Below, in pieces: positions 8,972-18,121 of a DNA stretch of 26,296 nt. This DNA is from a virus. Taxonomy: Duplodnaviria > Caudoviricetes. The translations under genes were made by a program, and so were the position numbers. Under the pieces are notes generated by a model. That model was not told where the DNA came from. It saw only the letters and a program-made list of their open reading frames with translations, and searched no databases. Each line of letters starts with the position of its first letter. Within the stretch, counting starts at the first letter, position 1. Where the stretch lies: the IMG/VR virus record IMGVR_UViG_3300017784_008157, positions 1 to 26,296 of that record. One strand, given 5' to 3'.

Positions 8972-9409
8972 ATGAGCGTCTACGAAAACAGATTCAAGAA
9001 AATTTTAATCGAAAAAGATGAGCCGGGTGATGATACAATGACAGATGATCAAGCAGCCATGGTGCAAACACTTGATAAAGGCTCAACACCAGAAGATTTC
9101 GACGTTCAAGATGTCCCTCCAGTTGATGCCCAAGTGGTCGCTACAATGAGCTCAATTCAAATGAAGATGCATGATGAATTAAAAGGTTGGACTGCTAAGA
9201 TTGAAGATTTTATTAGTTTTATCAACGGTCCGACTCCCAATTCCGTGCAGAGTAGATTAAATTCAGCAGAGGCTCAAACACTTTTCGACAAAATCAAAGG
9301 TGCTGAAACAAAGAAAATTGCTCGGGTTGCAGGTGAATTAGCTACTTTAAATCAACAACTTGTTGGTTACTTAGCTACATCAAACGATCCTAAGTATAAG
9401 TACTCTTAA
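8972..9409 (+). CDS. Hypothetical protein (145 aa), probable late/virion protein
   Basis: ORF with late-type motif upstream; starts MSVYENRFKKILIE. Confidence 0.7.
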   Translation: MSVYENRFKKILIEKDEPGDDTMTDDQAAMVQTLDKGSTPEDFDVQDVPPVDAQVVATMSSIQMKMHDELKGWTAKIEDFISFINGPTPNSVQSRLNSAEAQTLFDKIKGAETKKIARVAGELATLNQQLVGYLATSNDPKYKYS

Positions 9410-10446
9410 GCCAAATTATTCTTAATATTAGTTAAGATAATTTTTGCTTTTAACCCTGTAAAGGTGTTATCAACAATAAACTGCGGATCTATACTATTTA
9501 TAGATTTTGAAATACAGTATTCATTAAGGTCTTTGACCTTTTTCATCTCTTCTGGCCATATAAACACCTTTTCGTTTATATCTGCAAGTAAGAAACTCTT
9601 TTTTAACGATGCATTATCATTCCATTGATTGTCTAGACACCATATTTTATTAAATGTTGGTAGTGCTACGATTTGTTGACGTTGTAATTCATTAAAATCT
9701 TTGTTATTATCCTCAGTAATACCACATACAGCCAATCCATTCTTAACAAAGTATGAATCTATAGGCCCCTCAAATATAAAAAGATGTTCTAAAGTAGGGT
9801 CTATATTGTGAATACCATACAAACTCCGAGTACCACCTGGCTTACCTAGGTATTTAGGTTTCATTTTTTCATCTGCAGGTAGTAATGTTCTACTTTGATA
9901 AAAAATGATATCACCTTCTGTATCATAAAATGGAAGTACTAGTCTATTCTTATGAACTTTATCAGTTAATGATAGGTAAAACGTAATTGGTCTATTAACT
10001 GCAGTATCTAAACGTCTTTTCTTAATTAACCCCAAACAAATACCAACTACTGGATTATTTTTATGGAACTCTAACTGATTTTTATCTGATAAATTAATAC
10101 AATCGTCAGGTAACGACTTAGATACAACTGTAGTAGTTGGAGTAGGTTTAGGGGTAACCAGTTGCTCACTAAAATTACCATTTTTAATATCGTTTATAAT
10201 TTCTGTAAACGGTTTACCGGTTAAATCTAAAAGAAAGTTAAATATTTTCTTACTATAACCGCAGTTATGGCAGTATGCTAACTCTTTTTCAGGTATATAA
10301 AAGAATCTAGTCTTTTTACCAAAACTTTTACCTTCTTTACAAAAAGGGCAAGCACCATTATACGTATTATTAAACTTATTACGAGAAGGATAGCTTACAC
10401 ACTCGTAAAATTTTTGAATAACATATTGTTCTGGTATCGGAATCAC
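9406..10446 (-). CDS. gp61: DNA primase (T4 gp61-like), GTG start
   Basis: Zn finger CPFC...CHNC; RLVLPFY...YQSR; PKYL; TOPRIM FIFEGPIDS, LDN and KDLNE. Confidence 0.93.
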   Translation of the reverse strand: MIPIPEQYVIQKFYECVSYPSRNKFNNTYNGACPFCKEGKSFGKKTRFFYIPEKELAYCHNCGYSKKIFNFLLDLTGKPFTEIINDIKNGNFSEQLVTPKPTPTTTVVSKSLPDDCINLSDKNQLEFHKNNPVVGICLGLIKKRRLDTAVNRPITFYLSLTDKVHKNRLVLPFYDTEGDIIFYQSRTLLPADEKMKPKYLGKPGGTRSLYGIHNIDPTLEHLFIFEGPIDSYFVKNGLAVCGITEDNNKDFNELQRQQIVALPTFNKIWCLDNQWNDNASLKKSFLLADINEKVFIWPEEMKKVKDLNEYCISKSINSIDPQFIVDNTFTGLKAKIILTNIKNNLA

Positions 10447-10452
10447 TCAATC

Positions 10453-10480
10453 ATTATGAGTTATTTCCTTAAAATATCAA
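10453..10480 (-). promoter_or_regulatory. Sigma70-like promoter TTGATA-N16-CATAAT, 6 nt before primase GTG
   Basis: Read directly on the minus strand. Confidence 0.6.
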
Positions 10481-10481
10481 C

Positions 10482-10721
10482 TTACTGTCTGTAACTTACA
10501 CTTCTAACTGAGTTAATGGCACTATTGTTGATATCTTGAAGTAACTCACCTGTTTTAGCATCTTTAATGCTAACCATACCTCTTTTTACAAATGCTCCAG
10601 TAATTGGATCGTTATAAACAGCCTGTTCATATGTTTTACCATCCTGGGTAAAAGTATTAATCTGTGGATAACATGCTTGACCGGTATGAGGAGATACAAT
10701 CTTTGTTGGTTGGATGAACAT
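10482..10721 (-). CDS. Hypothetical protein (79 aa) with repeated (S/D)xxTG hairpin motifs
   Basis: SPHTG, DPITG, DAKTG; TAAATA (10732-10727) 5 nt upstream of ATG. Confidence 0.7.
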   Translation of the reverse strand: MFIQPTKIVSPHTGQACYPQINTFTQDGKTYEQAVYNDPITGAFVKRGMVSIKDAKTGELLQDINNSAINSVRSVSYRQ

Positions 10722-10725
10722 ATAT

Positions 10726-11076
10726 CTATTTAATCGTCAATTCCTTAGCTCCAACAGTAGATTCATTATGTTTATACTGCGCGGTACATATTTGATACAC
10801 TTTACCGGGTAGTTTTTGAACAAACTCAGCTATTTTATACTGCATAGCCCATTCAAACTTATCTATTGGTATACTTCTATTAATATTTTTCGGTATACTC
10901 AAAAAATAGTAGTTTTCACTATCTTTTTTAACATAAACAAACATCTCCCCTACATATGTACCGGTACCTACAGCATATACTTCACGGTTAGCTGGTTGCT
11001 TTTTGAATCGATCTCTAATAAGGTTCTTAATAACCTCAAACTTAGATGGGATTGTAAGTTTTACCTTTGTTTTCAT
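10726..11076 (-). CDS. Hypothetical protein (116 aa)
   Basis: TAATG coupling to thyX stop at 11076. Confidence 0.7.
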   Translation of the reverse strand: MKTKVKLTIPSKFEVIKNLIRDRFKKQPANREVYAVGTGTYVGEMFVYVKKDSENYYFLSIPKNINRSIPIDKFEWAMQYKIAEFVQKLPGKVYQICTAQYKHNESTVGAKELTIK

Positions 11077-11753
11077 TAGCGATTATATGGAGATGCATCG
11101 TTTACCTGATCTATTGCATTAAACGTCTTAGGAAACTGTATCTTTAACTGGTAAGCAATGGATAAAGCTATATCCCTATGTTCTTTCTGTGTTTCCGCAG
11201 CACATCTTAGGTCTAGATAGTGTACCCAGCTACGCAACGTACCGGTCATATAGATAGTTGTCCTAGTATTGAGTGGTAATATCATTCGAGCACACTCTTT
11301 AGCAATACCGTTATCAATTAACGTGTCATACGTGCTTTTTATAAGCTTTTGTAGGTTGTAAACTGTATTCTTAAGGTGGTCCTCCAATACTATAGATTCA
11401 TCACCGATTTGGCGGTTAGTTTTACCTTGTTTACGCCATTCAATGTCTTCTAACTCAGTTACTTCAGCATAACGCTGGCTAAACTCTTGGAAAGTGAATG
11501 ATCTATGACGTAAGATCTGTGCTGCAATTGCTCTTGATGTTTTAATCTCAAAAGTAATTGATATATGCTCGAACGGGCTCCAATGTTTATGTTTAACTAG
11601 ATAGTTAAGTAGCTTAGAACCAGTCTCAGTATTGAGTTGATTGGAAGGATTGCTTACTCTGGCAATATATACGATAAACTCTTCTGGAGTTAAAGCGATT
11701 TCATTTGCCACCTCAATTTGAGGTTTAGTAATTGCAATTAATTTTGTTTCCAC
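11076..11753 (-). CDS. thyX: FAD-dependent thymidylate synthase, GTG start
   Basis: ARVSNP, HWSPFEH, signature RHRSFTFQEFSQRY, AKECARMILP, GTLRSWVHY.DLR, TQKEH. Confidence 0.96.
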   Translation of the reverse strand: METKLIAITKPQIEVANEIALTPEEFIVYIARVSNPSNQLNTETGSKLLNYLVKHKHWSPFEHISITFEIKTSRAIAAQILRHRSFTFQEFSQRYAEVTELEDIEWRKQGKTNRQIGDESIVLEDHLKNTVYNLQKLIKSTYDTLIDNGIAKECARMILPLNTRTTIYMTGTLRSWVHYLDLRCAAETQKEHRDIALSIAYQLKIQFPKTFNAIDQVNDASPYNR

Positions 11754-11758
11754 ACCTT

Positions 11759-11786
11759 ATTATAAGGATGTCATTGTATTTGTCCA
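11759..11786 (-). promoter_or_regulatory. Sigma70-like promoter TGGACA-N16-TATAAT, 5 nt before thyX GTG
   Basis: Read directly on the minus strand. Confidence 0.6.
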
Positions 11787-12151
11787 TCGTTTCTTGCAAG
11801 ATGATGTAAGAATTTTTGTAAATAATTGCCGATTGCATCAGCTTCTTGCTGATTACTACAGACAATAATGGGTGGTATCTGATCACCATCTAAACCATAA
11901 CCTAAGATAACAAAACTCTTCATAAACTCCTGGCAAGTAGTAACCATTGCATCTAATTCATCATCAACCTGTCTATTTTTGCGCTCAATTACCCTAATTC
12001 TGATTGCATCTTTAATAAGTTGTTCAATAACAGCATCAGGAATTTGAGGCGGTTGTTGTTGCAAAGTCGGTATAGGGGAGGGTGTGGTTGATTTTTTTGT
12101 AAGTTTTATTTTCTTTGGTTTTACACCATTATCTGGTGCATTATCGCTCAT
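11771..12151 (-). CDS. Hypothetical protein (about 126 aa; start revised to ATG 12151)
   Basis: TAAATA (12162-12157) lies 5 nt before ATG 12151, which also removes the overlap with the upstream gene; K/P-rich N-terminus. Confidence 0.65.
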   Translation of the reverse strand: MSDNAPDNGVKPKKIKLTKKSTTPSPIPTLQQQPPQIPDAVIEQLIKDAIRIRVIERKNRQVDDELDAMVTTCQEFMKSFVILGYGLDGDQIPPIIVCSNQQEADAIGNYLQKFLHHLARNDGQIQ

Positions 12152-12155
12152 ACTT

Positions 12156-12527
12156 TTATTTAATTTTACCGAAAGGGTTTTTTGCCATGTCATTGTTAAT
12201 TCCTTTTGAAATTAGTTCTGATACGATAATTTCAATACTTTCTGTATTGTAGAAGAAACCTTTTTGAAATTTAGAACCACCATCATCTAACTCGAATAAA
12301 ACTTCATTGATACTGTGTTTATTACTATAACAGGTAACAAACACTGATGAAAGACCTGGATCAACTAAAATAGTCCAACGTCTTGGATCGGCTGTATTAT
12401 AAGCATTAAAAATTTTCCATACCACAAAGCCACTATCTTTAAGTCTTTTAATAAAGTAGCCAGCCGTGCTAATTTTGTTAGAAACTTTCTTTTCTTTCTT
12501 ACGGAACGGGTTATGCGTATTAGCCAT
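12156..12527 (-). CDS. Hypothetical protein (123 aa)
   Basis: ORF starting 1 nt after the clamp stop; globular alpha/beta-like composition. Confidence 0.7.
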   Translation of the reverse strand: MANTHNPFRKKEKKVSNKISTAGYFIKRLKDSGFVVWKIFNAYNTADPRRWTILVDPGLSSVFVTCYSNKHSINEVLFELDDGGSKFQKGFFYNTESIEIIVSELISKGINNDMAKNPFGKIK

Positions 12528-12528
12528 A

Positions 12529-13257
12529 TTAATTAATTAAAGCTGATACAATATAAATCAATTTAGTATTACCTTTTGTCAATGATATTTTTAATACTCC
12601 GTAGTTAACATTAACAGCAAATTGAATATCGCTACTCTTATTGAAGTTAATAAGTCTAAACGTTTCAAAATTAATAGGAATAGTCTTAGATAATGAGCTA
12701 CCTTCATACGTATCAGCTATAATCGTCTGAAAATTATCTGAATTATGACGATTTCTATCACCTAACTCAGCATATATTTTATTATTCTCAAAATAGATAT
12801 AAAGCTTATTAGTCTCAGTAGTAAAAGATGCACCCTTATAGAGAGTGGATAGCTTTGCCTCGCTCACTTTAAAAGTTGTATCAAACTTAAGATCATTTAT
12901 CTTCTTAATATTAATAGATGGTATCTTCATGATACCATCTTCAAGTAAATGATACTTAAATTTAAAAGACTCGCTATTATGTTGAATATTATTCGATAAT
13001 ACATCAAATTCTAAATCTTCACTATCAACACACTCAAGCACTCGAACAAACTTTTTAATATCAGGTATATTAAGATTACGTTCACCGTCAGTATTGCATT
13101 CAGTTTCGGAATACAATACCAAAGTTGCATCCTGCGATGCGGTAATATTACTAATCTTGTCCTTCTCAACTTTAATAACAGTTGAGTCGTTTAAGTTCGA
13201 GATAGGTCCAAGGATATTCGTAATAAAATCCTTCCTATTTTTAATTTTTAATTTCAT
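12529..13257 (-). CDS. gp45: DNA polymerase sliding clamp (T4 gp45-like)
   Basis: 242 aa, two-domain beta-rich clamp pattern (ISNLNDSTVIK, LNIPDIKKFVRVL, C-terminal KLIYIVSAL); replication context; TATAAT 13269-13264 is 6 nt before ATG. Confidence 0.75.
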   Translation of the reverse strand: MKLKIKNRKDFITNILGPISNLNDSTVIKVEKDKISNITASQDATLVLYSETECNTDGERNLNIPDIKKFVRVLECVDSEDLEFDVLSNNIQHNSESFKFKYHLLEDGIMKIPSINIKKINDLKFDTTFKVSEAKLSTLYKGASFTTETNKLYIYFENNKIYAELGDRNRHNSDNFQTIIADTYEGSSLSKTIPINFETFRLINFNKSSDIQFAVNVNYGVLKISLTKGNTKLIYIVSALIN

Positions 13258-13264
13258 TTACCTA

Positions 13265-13738
13265 TTATAGATTAAAACCGTCCAAAGAACCACTTACTTT
13301 TTTTTTGGGTTTAGGACTATTAGTAAGTTCTTTTAGTACAGCCTCAACAATTGCTATTTGTTTATCTATTTTAATTTCCATCTCAATTAGTTTGTTTTCA
13401 ATATCTTCGTACCGAACTTTTCTATCAAAATTAAATTCAAATTGATCATTATTAGGTTGTATTTTTTCAATTTGAGGTTCATTTGGTTGAATATATGGAA
13501 GATTCACCGCACCAGGGGGAGGTTGAGAAGCTGCAACTGGTGCAGGTGGGTTATAAGAAGGTACAGGGCGAGGTTGCTGCGGAACTGTATTCATAATCTT
13601 AGCCAGTTCGTTTTTAACCTCATCACTTCTGCGATTTAAAGTGCCGGACGAACCTATAATAGATGCGTCCAGCTGTTTTAATTCACCATAAGTGCTACCA
13701 ATCAAACCAATTAATAACTCTTTATGATCTTGATCCAT
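13265..13738 (-). CDS. Hypothetical protein with Pro/Gln-rich linker and coiled coil (157 aa)
   Basis: TAATG-coupled to gp32 stop; lies between SSB and clamp. Confidence 0.7.
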   Translation of the reverse strand: MDQDHKELLIGLIGSTYGELKQLDASIIGSSGTLNRRSDEVKNELAKIMNTVPQQPRPVPSYNPPAPVAASQPPPGAVNLPYIQPNEPQIEKIQPNNDQFEFNFDRKVRYEDIENKLIEMEIKIDKQIAIVEAVLKELTNSPKPKKKVSGSLDGFNL

Positions 13739-14592
13739 TAGTTGCTGGCGTCAAGTTCTTTAAGCAGACTATTGATCTCGTCATCGTTAGTAGTATTGGT
13801 AGTAGTTGTAATAACTGCAGCTTGCTTAGGTGCATATACCGGAGATGGTTTAGTAGCATCTGGGGTAATAACATCAACCTCATCCTTCACAATATTGCAA
13901 TAAAAATGCTCATTAAGCATTGCTTTAAGTTCATCATACGACTTAATCGTGAATACTTTTGTAAGATCGTAAACACTTTCATAGGTCTTCTTACCTTTTG
14001 CATCATCCATATCAGCAATAGTAGCAGGCATAGAGAACTTAGATGAAACGTAACTTGGATAATCACCTTGCTTTTCAACTTTAATCTTTAAGTTAACACC
14101 TTGAGGTCCTAGATCAAAAATACGTGCACCGAGCTCGTCAGCATCTTCACCTTCGATTGCATCGAGAATAATCTTTTGAAGTTGCTTACCATAACGAAGA
14201 AGTTTTACTTGACCATTATTTTCAGCATTAACTGGGTCGTTAATAACTAAAACATTAACGAGCCACTTTTCGCTACGACCGATAGTCTTAATCTTTTCCT
14301 TTTCAGCATCAGTACCAGAACGAAGAACACGAAAACGTTCTTCAGAGATTGGATCACGTTCGCCGAACGTTTGAGGACTAGTAGCAGCTACATACTTACC
14401 AGTAGCGTAGCTATTCCAACCATGGGTATAAAAATGAAAGAAGGTATTCTTTGGATCTTTAGCAGGTAGAAGACGTACGGTATAGGTATTACCTACTTCG
14501 GTCCTAAGAATATTACTAAGACCGCTATCATTATTGCTTTGAGCGAGAGCACTCTTGATACTCTGGAATATATTGTTATTAATCATAGTCAT
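13738..14592 (-). CDS. gp32: Single-stranded DNA-binding protein (T4 gp32-like)
   Basis: TVRLLP, FYTHGW, TFGERDPISE, NVLVINDP..ENNGQVKLLRYGKQL, GVNLKIK...YPSYVSSKF and an acidic C-terminal tail. Confidence 0.92.
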   Translation of the reverse strand: MTMINNNIFQSIKSALAQSNNDSGLSNILRTEVGNTYTVRLLPAKDPKNTFFHFYTHGWNSYATGKYVAATSPQTFGERDPISEERFRVLRSGTDAEKEKIKTIGRSEKWLVNVLVINDPVNAENNGQVKLLRYGKQLQKIILDAIEGEDADELGARIFDLGPQGVNLKIKVEKQGDYPSYVSSKFSMPATIADMDDAKGKKTYESVYDLTKVFTIKSYDELKAMLNEHFYCNIVKDEVDVITPDATKPSPVYAPKQAAVITTTTNTTNDDEINSLLKELDASN

Positions 14593-14600
14593 AAATTTAT

Positions 14601-14628
14601 ATTATAGGTGTTCCGGTTAAGAAGTCAA
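14601..14628 (-). promoter_or_regulatory. Sigma70-like promoter TTGACT-N16-TATAAT, 8 nt before gp32 ATG
   Basis: Read directly on the minus strand. Confidence 0.7.
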
Positions 14629-15252
14629 CTTATTGTACATTAAAATGCAAAGTTTTTTAGCTTTCGGACTGCTATAGTACTTTGTCCGATAAAAATTGAT
14701 ATTGTTAAAAGTATCGCCAAATACGTAGCTCTTAATTTCTGTGTCATATTGTTGTAATATTTTATCAAACTCAGGAAAGGTAAACAAGGCATAAAGATTA
14801 ACTTGTCTATTTTTTAAATGCATTAAAAAACTATGCCATTGACTATCTGCTGGTTTAAAAGTAGTGTAGCTTGATACTGGAATATTAACTGACTTGCAAA
14901 AGTCTCTAATAAAAATAAAACTATCCTTAATTTTAATTAAAGTCTGTGAGTTATCGGGGTTGTTAACCAAAAATTCATTCTGGTATATAGTATAGGCTTT
15001 AATAGCTCTTTGGCTATTATAAAATTCCAAACCAACTGCATCTTCTTTATAAACGAAAAATGGAGCTTCAAAAAAATCTTTAATATTAACGTTTGGAAAC
15101 TTATTAAAAAAGGTAGACAACCGTGTTATGTAAATATAATCTTCTCTTTCTTCAAAACCGTCAAAGTCTTTACGGTATCTAAATGGTTTGTTATTAAGTT
15201 TGCGAGTCGTTTCTAAATAACAATTATAAATGTATTTTTCTCTTTCAGTCAC
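14617..15252 (-). CDS. gp59: Probable helicase loader (T4 gp59-like), GTG start
   Basis: 211 aa directly upstream of gp32 as in T4. Segments YIYNCYL, FEEREDYIYITRLS and SSPKAKKL resemble recalled gp59 segments. Extended -10 TGATACAAT is 6 nt upstream. Confidence 0.6.
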   Translation of the reverse strand: MTEREKYIYNCYLETTRKLNNKPFRYRKDFDGFEEREDYIYITRLSTFFNKFPNVNIKDFFEAPFFVYKEDAVGLEFYNSQRAIKAYTIYQNEFLVNNPDNSQTLIKIKDSFIFIRDFCKSVNIPVSSYTTFKPADSQWHSFLMHLKNRQVNLYALFTFPEFDKILQQYDTEIKSYVFGDTFNNINFYRTKYYSSPKAKKLCILMYNKLTS

Positions 15253-15273
15253 TTATATATTGTATCAATGTTC

Positions 15274-15567
15274 CTAAAAAATCTTACCTTTATTTATAAT
15301 TTTTGTAATATATTTGCTTTTAGTAATGGTAGGTTCAAAGATAATAAACTTTCTCAACGCCTCAAAATCGCTACTTTCTGCAATACTAATCTTATAAATG
15401 GTTCTTAACTTTTCTTCTTGAAGTAATTTGGTGAAAATTGTAGCAAAATTAATCTTCTTACCATAATAAAGAAAACAAAAGGTACAAAAGCTATAAAAAG
15501 CATGAGTTAGTTCTTCGTCTTCAATACTACCGTAAGGAGATTTTGATATACTTCTTTCATGCAACAT
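15274..15567 (-). CDS. Hypothetical protein (97 aa)
   Basis: ORF between helicase and gp59-like gene. Confidence 0.65.
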   Translation of the reverse strand: MLHERSISKSPYGSIEDEELTHAFYSFCTFCFLYYGKKINFATIFTKLLQEEKLRTIYKISIAESSDFEALRKFIIFEPTITKSKYITKIINKGKIF

Positions 15568-15608
15568 AACTAATTAAAGATTATTTAATTAGCTTTTTTT
15601 TATATCAA

Positions 15609-16943
15609 CTAATTACTAAATGTGTTGAGAGATTTTGCAATACTACCTTGTTCGCCTTGATTCATTAATGATTCATCTTCAGTTACTGTCAAAGTATTAT
15701 AGTCTAGCTTCATAATAGTGGTACCATGATTAGCTCCAAAACGATTTTTCATCATTCCGAGCTTAACACAACCTAACTCCCTATCTTCTTCATCTTGAAA
15801 GATACTAATAATGACATCTGCAGTGGCTGCCAAGCCAATACTCTCACCAATCGTCTCAATACCTGGATTTTTTACATCGTACCCCTGTCTATTTAACTGG
15901 GTAGCTGTAATGATAGGGCAATTAAACACATACGACAACGCTCTTACCTGCTCGGTGGCAAATTTAATACGTTCATAGCTATTACTACCTTCAGGACTCT
16001 TTAAAAGGTTGATATAATCAAGCACAATTGCATCGACTTTAATATTCTTATTAAGAATCGTCTTAATATAGCCTTGAAGCTGGTGCGGAGTTATAGTACT
16101 AGGGGGAAACTCTTTGATAATAATTTTACAATCGGGGTTCGCCTTGCTAATCTCTTCTATCTGCTGTTTTAACGTAGAACTCTCTTCTTTTAATGAACGT
16201 AAAGGTATTTTAGTGATATTAGATGATAGCCTCTTAGCGTAAATCAGCTCACTCATCTCAAGAGTTATAACTAATACAGTATTACCTTGGCTTGCAATGT
16301 TAGAAGCAATATTACCTAAGAAAATACTCTTACCAACGTTAGTTTCACCAGCAAAAACATAGATTGCCCGGCCGTTTCTTAGGAAACCTCCACCTAATTT
16401 ATCATCTAACCACTTCCATCTTGAATGAATCACAGGTTGATCAGCATTTAAATCATCAATTACCACCTTTATATCTTTAAAAAGGTCTAATCCAATGTCT
16501 CTTTTAAGGTCAATATTGCAACTCTTTTCAAATTTATCAAGAATAAAGCTAGTATCTACTTTACCGCTACTAACATCTTCAGCTACCTCAAGCATTGTAT
16601 TGTAAATAGCTCTTTCCTTGATGTATCTCTCAGTACTCTGCATCAATTCATCATCATTTAAGTTTTTATCGATGTTTGAAAAGTTTCTCAATACGGTTTT
16701 AAAGGCTTCTCTAGTCTCATCCGAGTTAATATACGTTTTTAGCTCAGTAATCGTAGGAACTGTATTGTGCTTTATATAAAAACCTTTAATTACATCAAAT
16801 ATCTTCTTAATATTCTTATCCTTAAAGAAATTTGCATTAATATGATCAATAACTGTAGTTAAATACCTCTCATCAGTAAGAGATTTATACACAATCACGT
16901 TCTCATACTCATCTAAATTGAGTTTTAGCTCATTTTTTTCCAT
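15609..16943 (-). CDS. gp41: Replicative DnaB-family helicase (T4 gp41-like)
   Basis: Walker A AGETNVGKS, ITLEMSE, IIKEFPP, VLDYINL, TATQLNR, ESIGLAATAD, MKNRFG. Confidence 0.95.
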   Translation of the reverse strand: MEKNELKLNLDEYENVIVYKSLTDERYLTTVIDHINANFFKDKNIKKIFDVIKGFYIKHNTVPTITELKTYINSDETREAFKTVLRNFSNIDKNLNDDELMQSTERYIKERAIYNTMLEVAEDVSSGKVDTSFILDKFEKSCNIDLKRDIGLDLFKDIKVVIDDLNADQPVIHSRWKWLDDKLGGGFLRNGRAIYVFAGETNVGKSIFLGNIASNIASQGNTVLVITLEMSELIYAKRLSSNITKIPLRSLKEESSTLKQQIEEISKANPDCKIIIKEFPPSTITPHQLQGYIKTILNKNIKVDAIVLDYINLLKSPEGSNSYERIKFATEQVRALSYVFNCPIITATQLNRQGYDVKNPGIETIGESIGLAATADVIISIFQDEEDRELGCVKLGMMKNRFGANHGTTIMKLDYNTLTVTEDESLMNQGEQGSIAKSLNTFSN

Positions 16944-16948
16944 AACGC

Positions 16949-16977
16949 ATTATAGATTCGTTCCGTTACACAGTCAA
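16949..16977 (-). promoter_or_regulatory. Sigma70-like promoter TTGACT-N17-TATAAT, 5 nt before helicase ATG
   Basis: Near-consensus; read directly on the minus strand. Confidence 0.75.
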
Positions 16978-17655
16978 CTTCTTACCAACAAATTTATTAT
17001 ATTTGTTTAAGAAGTACTTCTGACCGTTTAACCAATCTTCTGACATTTCTCTTAGCCCTGGCGAATTATGGATGATAGGAATGTCACCAACCCCGACAGG
17101 GATTCTATCAAGACTGCAATCAAGAGAAAAGCAAAGATCATAAAAATGGAATTTAGAAGGGATTTTTTCATCAAAATTATTTTTTTCAGGTAAGGTTGTT
17201 AAATTAACAATCATAAACACGCCATCAACCATGATAACTTTATCTGGAACTGGTCCAAAAGAGGTGTATGAGTAGAAATTCTCATCATTACCATGACCCA
17301 CACAGCCTCTTAAGCTATCTCTTTCACCCATTAAGTGCCATAAAACTGGTTCTTTAACAGATACACTTTTAGTACCAGCAAGACCTGTTAAAGTAAACTT
17401 GTTTGCATACTTTCTAATACGGTGTTCGAAGTCATTACAGTTAATATATACATCATCATGCACAAAAACAGCAATTTTTATATCTTGCTTTCTACAATCC
17501 TTAATACCTTTATTGTATATTGATGTAATTGACTGTGAATTATTTCCATAAAATAAAACATTATCAGGATCAATACATGCAGCTACAAGAGAACGATATA
17601 ATAAAGTTTCATTTAGTTTTTCTTTTTGTGAGGCAACTATAATTTTATAAGTCAT
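16966..17655 (-). CDS. GT-A fold glycosyltransferase (GT2-like, Glyco_tranf_2_5 type)
   Basis: SITSIYNKG, VFVHDDV (DxD equivalent), GLAG, VDGVFM, FDE...FHFYDLCFSL, IIHNSPG. Confidence 0.8.
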   Translation of the reverse strand: MTYKIIVASQKEKLNETLLYRSLVAACIDPDNVLFYGNNSQSITSIYNKGIKDCRKQDIKIAVFVHDDVYINCNDFEHRIRKYANKFTLTGLAGTKSVSVKEPVLWHLMGERDSLRGCVGHGNDENFYSYTSFGPVPDKVIMVDGVFMIVNLTTLPEKNNFDEKIPSKFHFYDLCFSLDCSLDRIPVGVGDIPIIHNSPGLREMSEDWLNGQKYFLNKYNKFVGKKLTV

Positions 17656-18121
17656 TTAAATTGTTATTAACTAAGTTTATGATTGGTGATTGAAAAATAT
17701 AATCTGCAGTTCCGAACTCATTTATTTCCATTTTAAAATCTTTAAAAATCTTTTTATAAAAATTAACCCCGTCGCTACCTTCTTCTGAATTGACGTAATA
17801 ACTTTTACCGGTATTTTTAAATTCATTTAACATATCAAACGTTAATGCTTTTGCAACCCCCATTTTTCTAAAAGCTTTACCAGTTACAATATAATAAGTC
17901 TTAATAATATCTGGTGCTTTAGTATCAACTGTAAAGGCATGCAACCCTGTAATAACTGAACCGGTTGTACTAACTTGAATAGGAAATTTATCCCACCAAC
18001 CTCTAGACTCCCATAGGTAACCAAACGTATTAAGTATAAACGAATCTGTATTTTTATACACAAACTCCATTAACTTCATTTTTTCTTCAGATGTTTTTGG
18101 GTAATAATATTGAATACTCAT
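17645..18121 (-). CDS. GNAT-family acetyltransferase
   Basis: Acetyl-CoA motif A YIVTGKAFRKMGVAKAL and motif B-like GVNFYKK; 158 aa. Confidence 0.75.
   Translation of the reverse strand: MSIQYYYPKTSEEKMKLMEFVYKNTDSFILNTFGYLWESRGWWDKFPIQVSTTGSVITGLHAFTVDTKAPDIIKTYYIVTGKAFRKMGVAKALTFDMLNEFKNTGKSYYVNSEEGSDGVNFYKKIFKDFKMEINEFGTADYIFQSPIINLVNNNLNDL

Noticed and set aside
13298-13306. A9 tract near the end of the 157-aa gene as a frameshift fusing it to gp45
   Set aside because: The frame that would join gp45 hits TAA immediately after the tract.
14340-14430. gp32 lacks the T4 Zn-binding cysteines (SPQTFGERDPISE)
   Set aside because: Zn-free gp32 variants are common among marine and freshwater T4-like phages, so this is not novel by itself.
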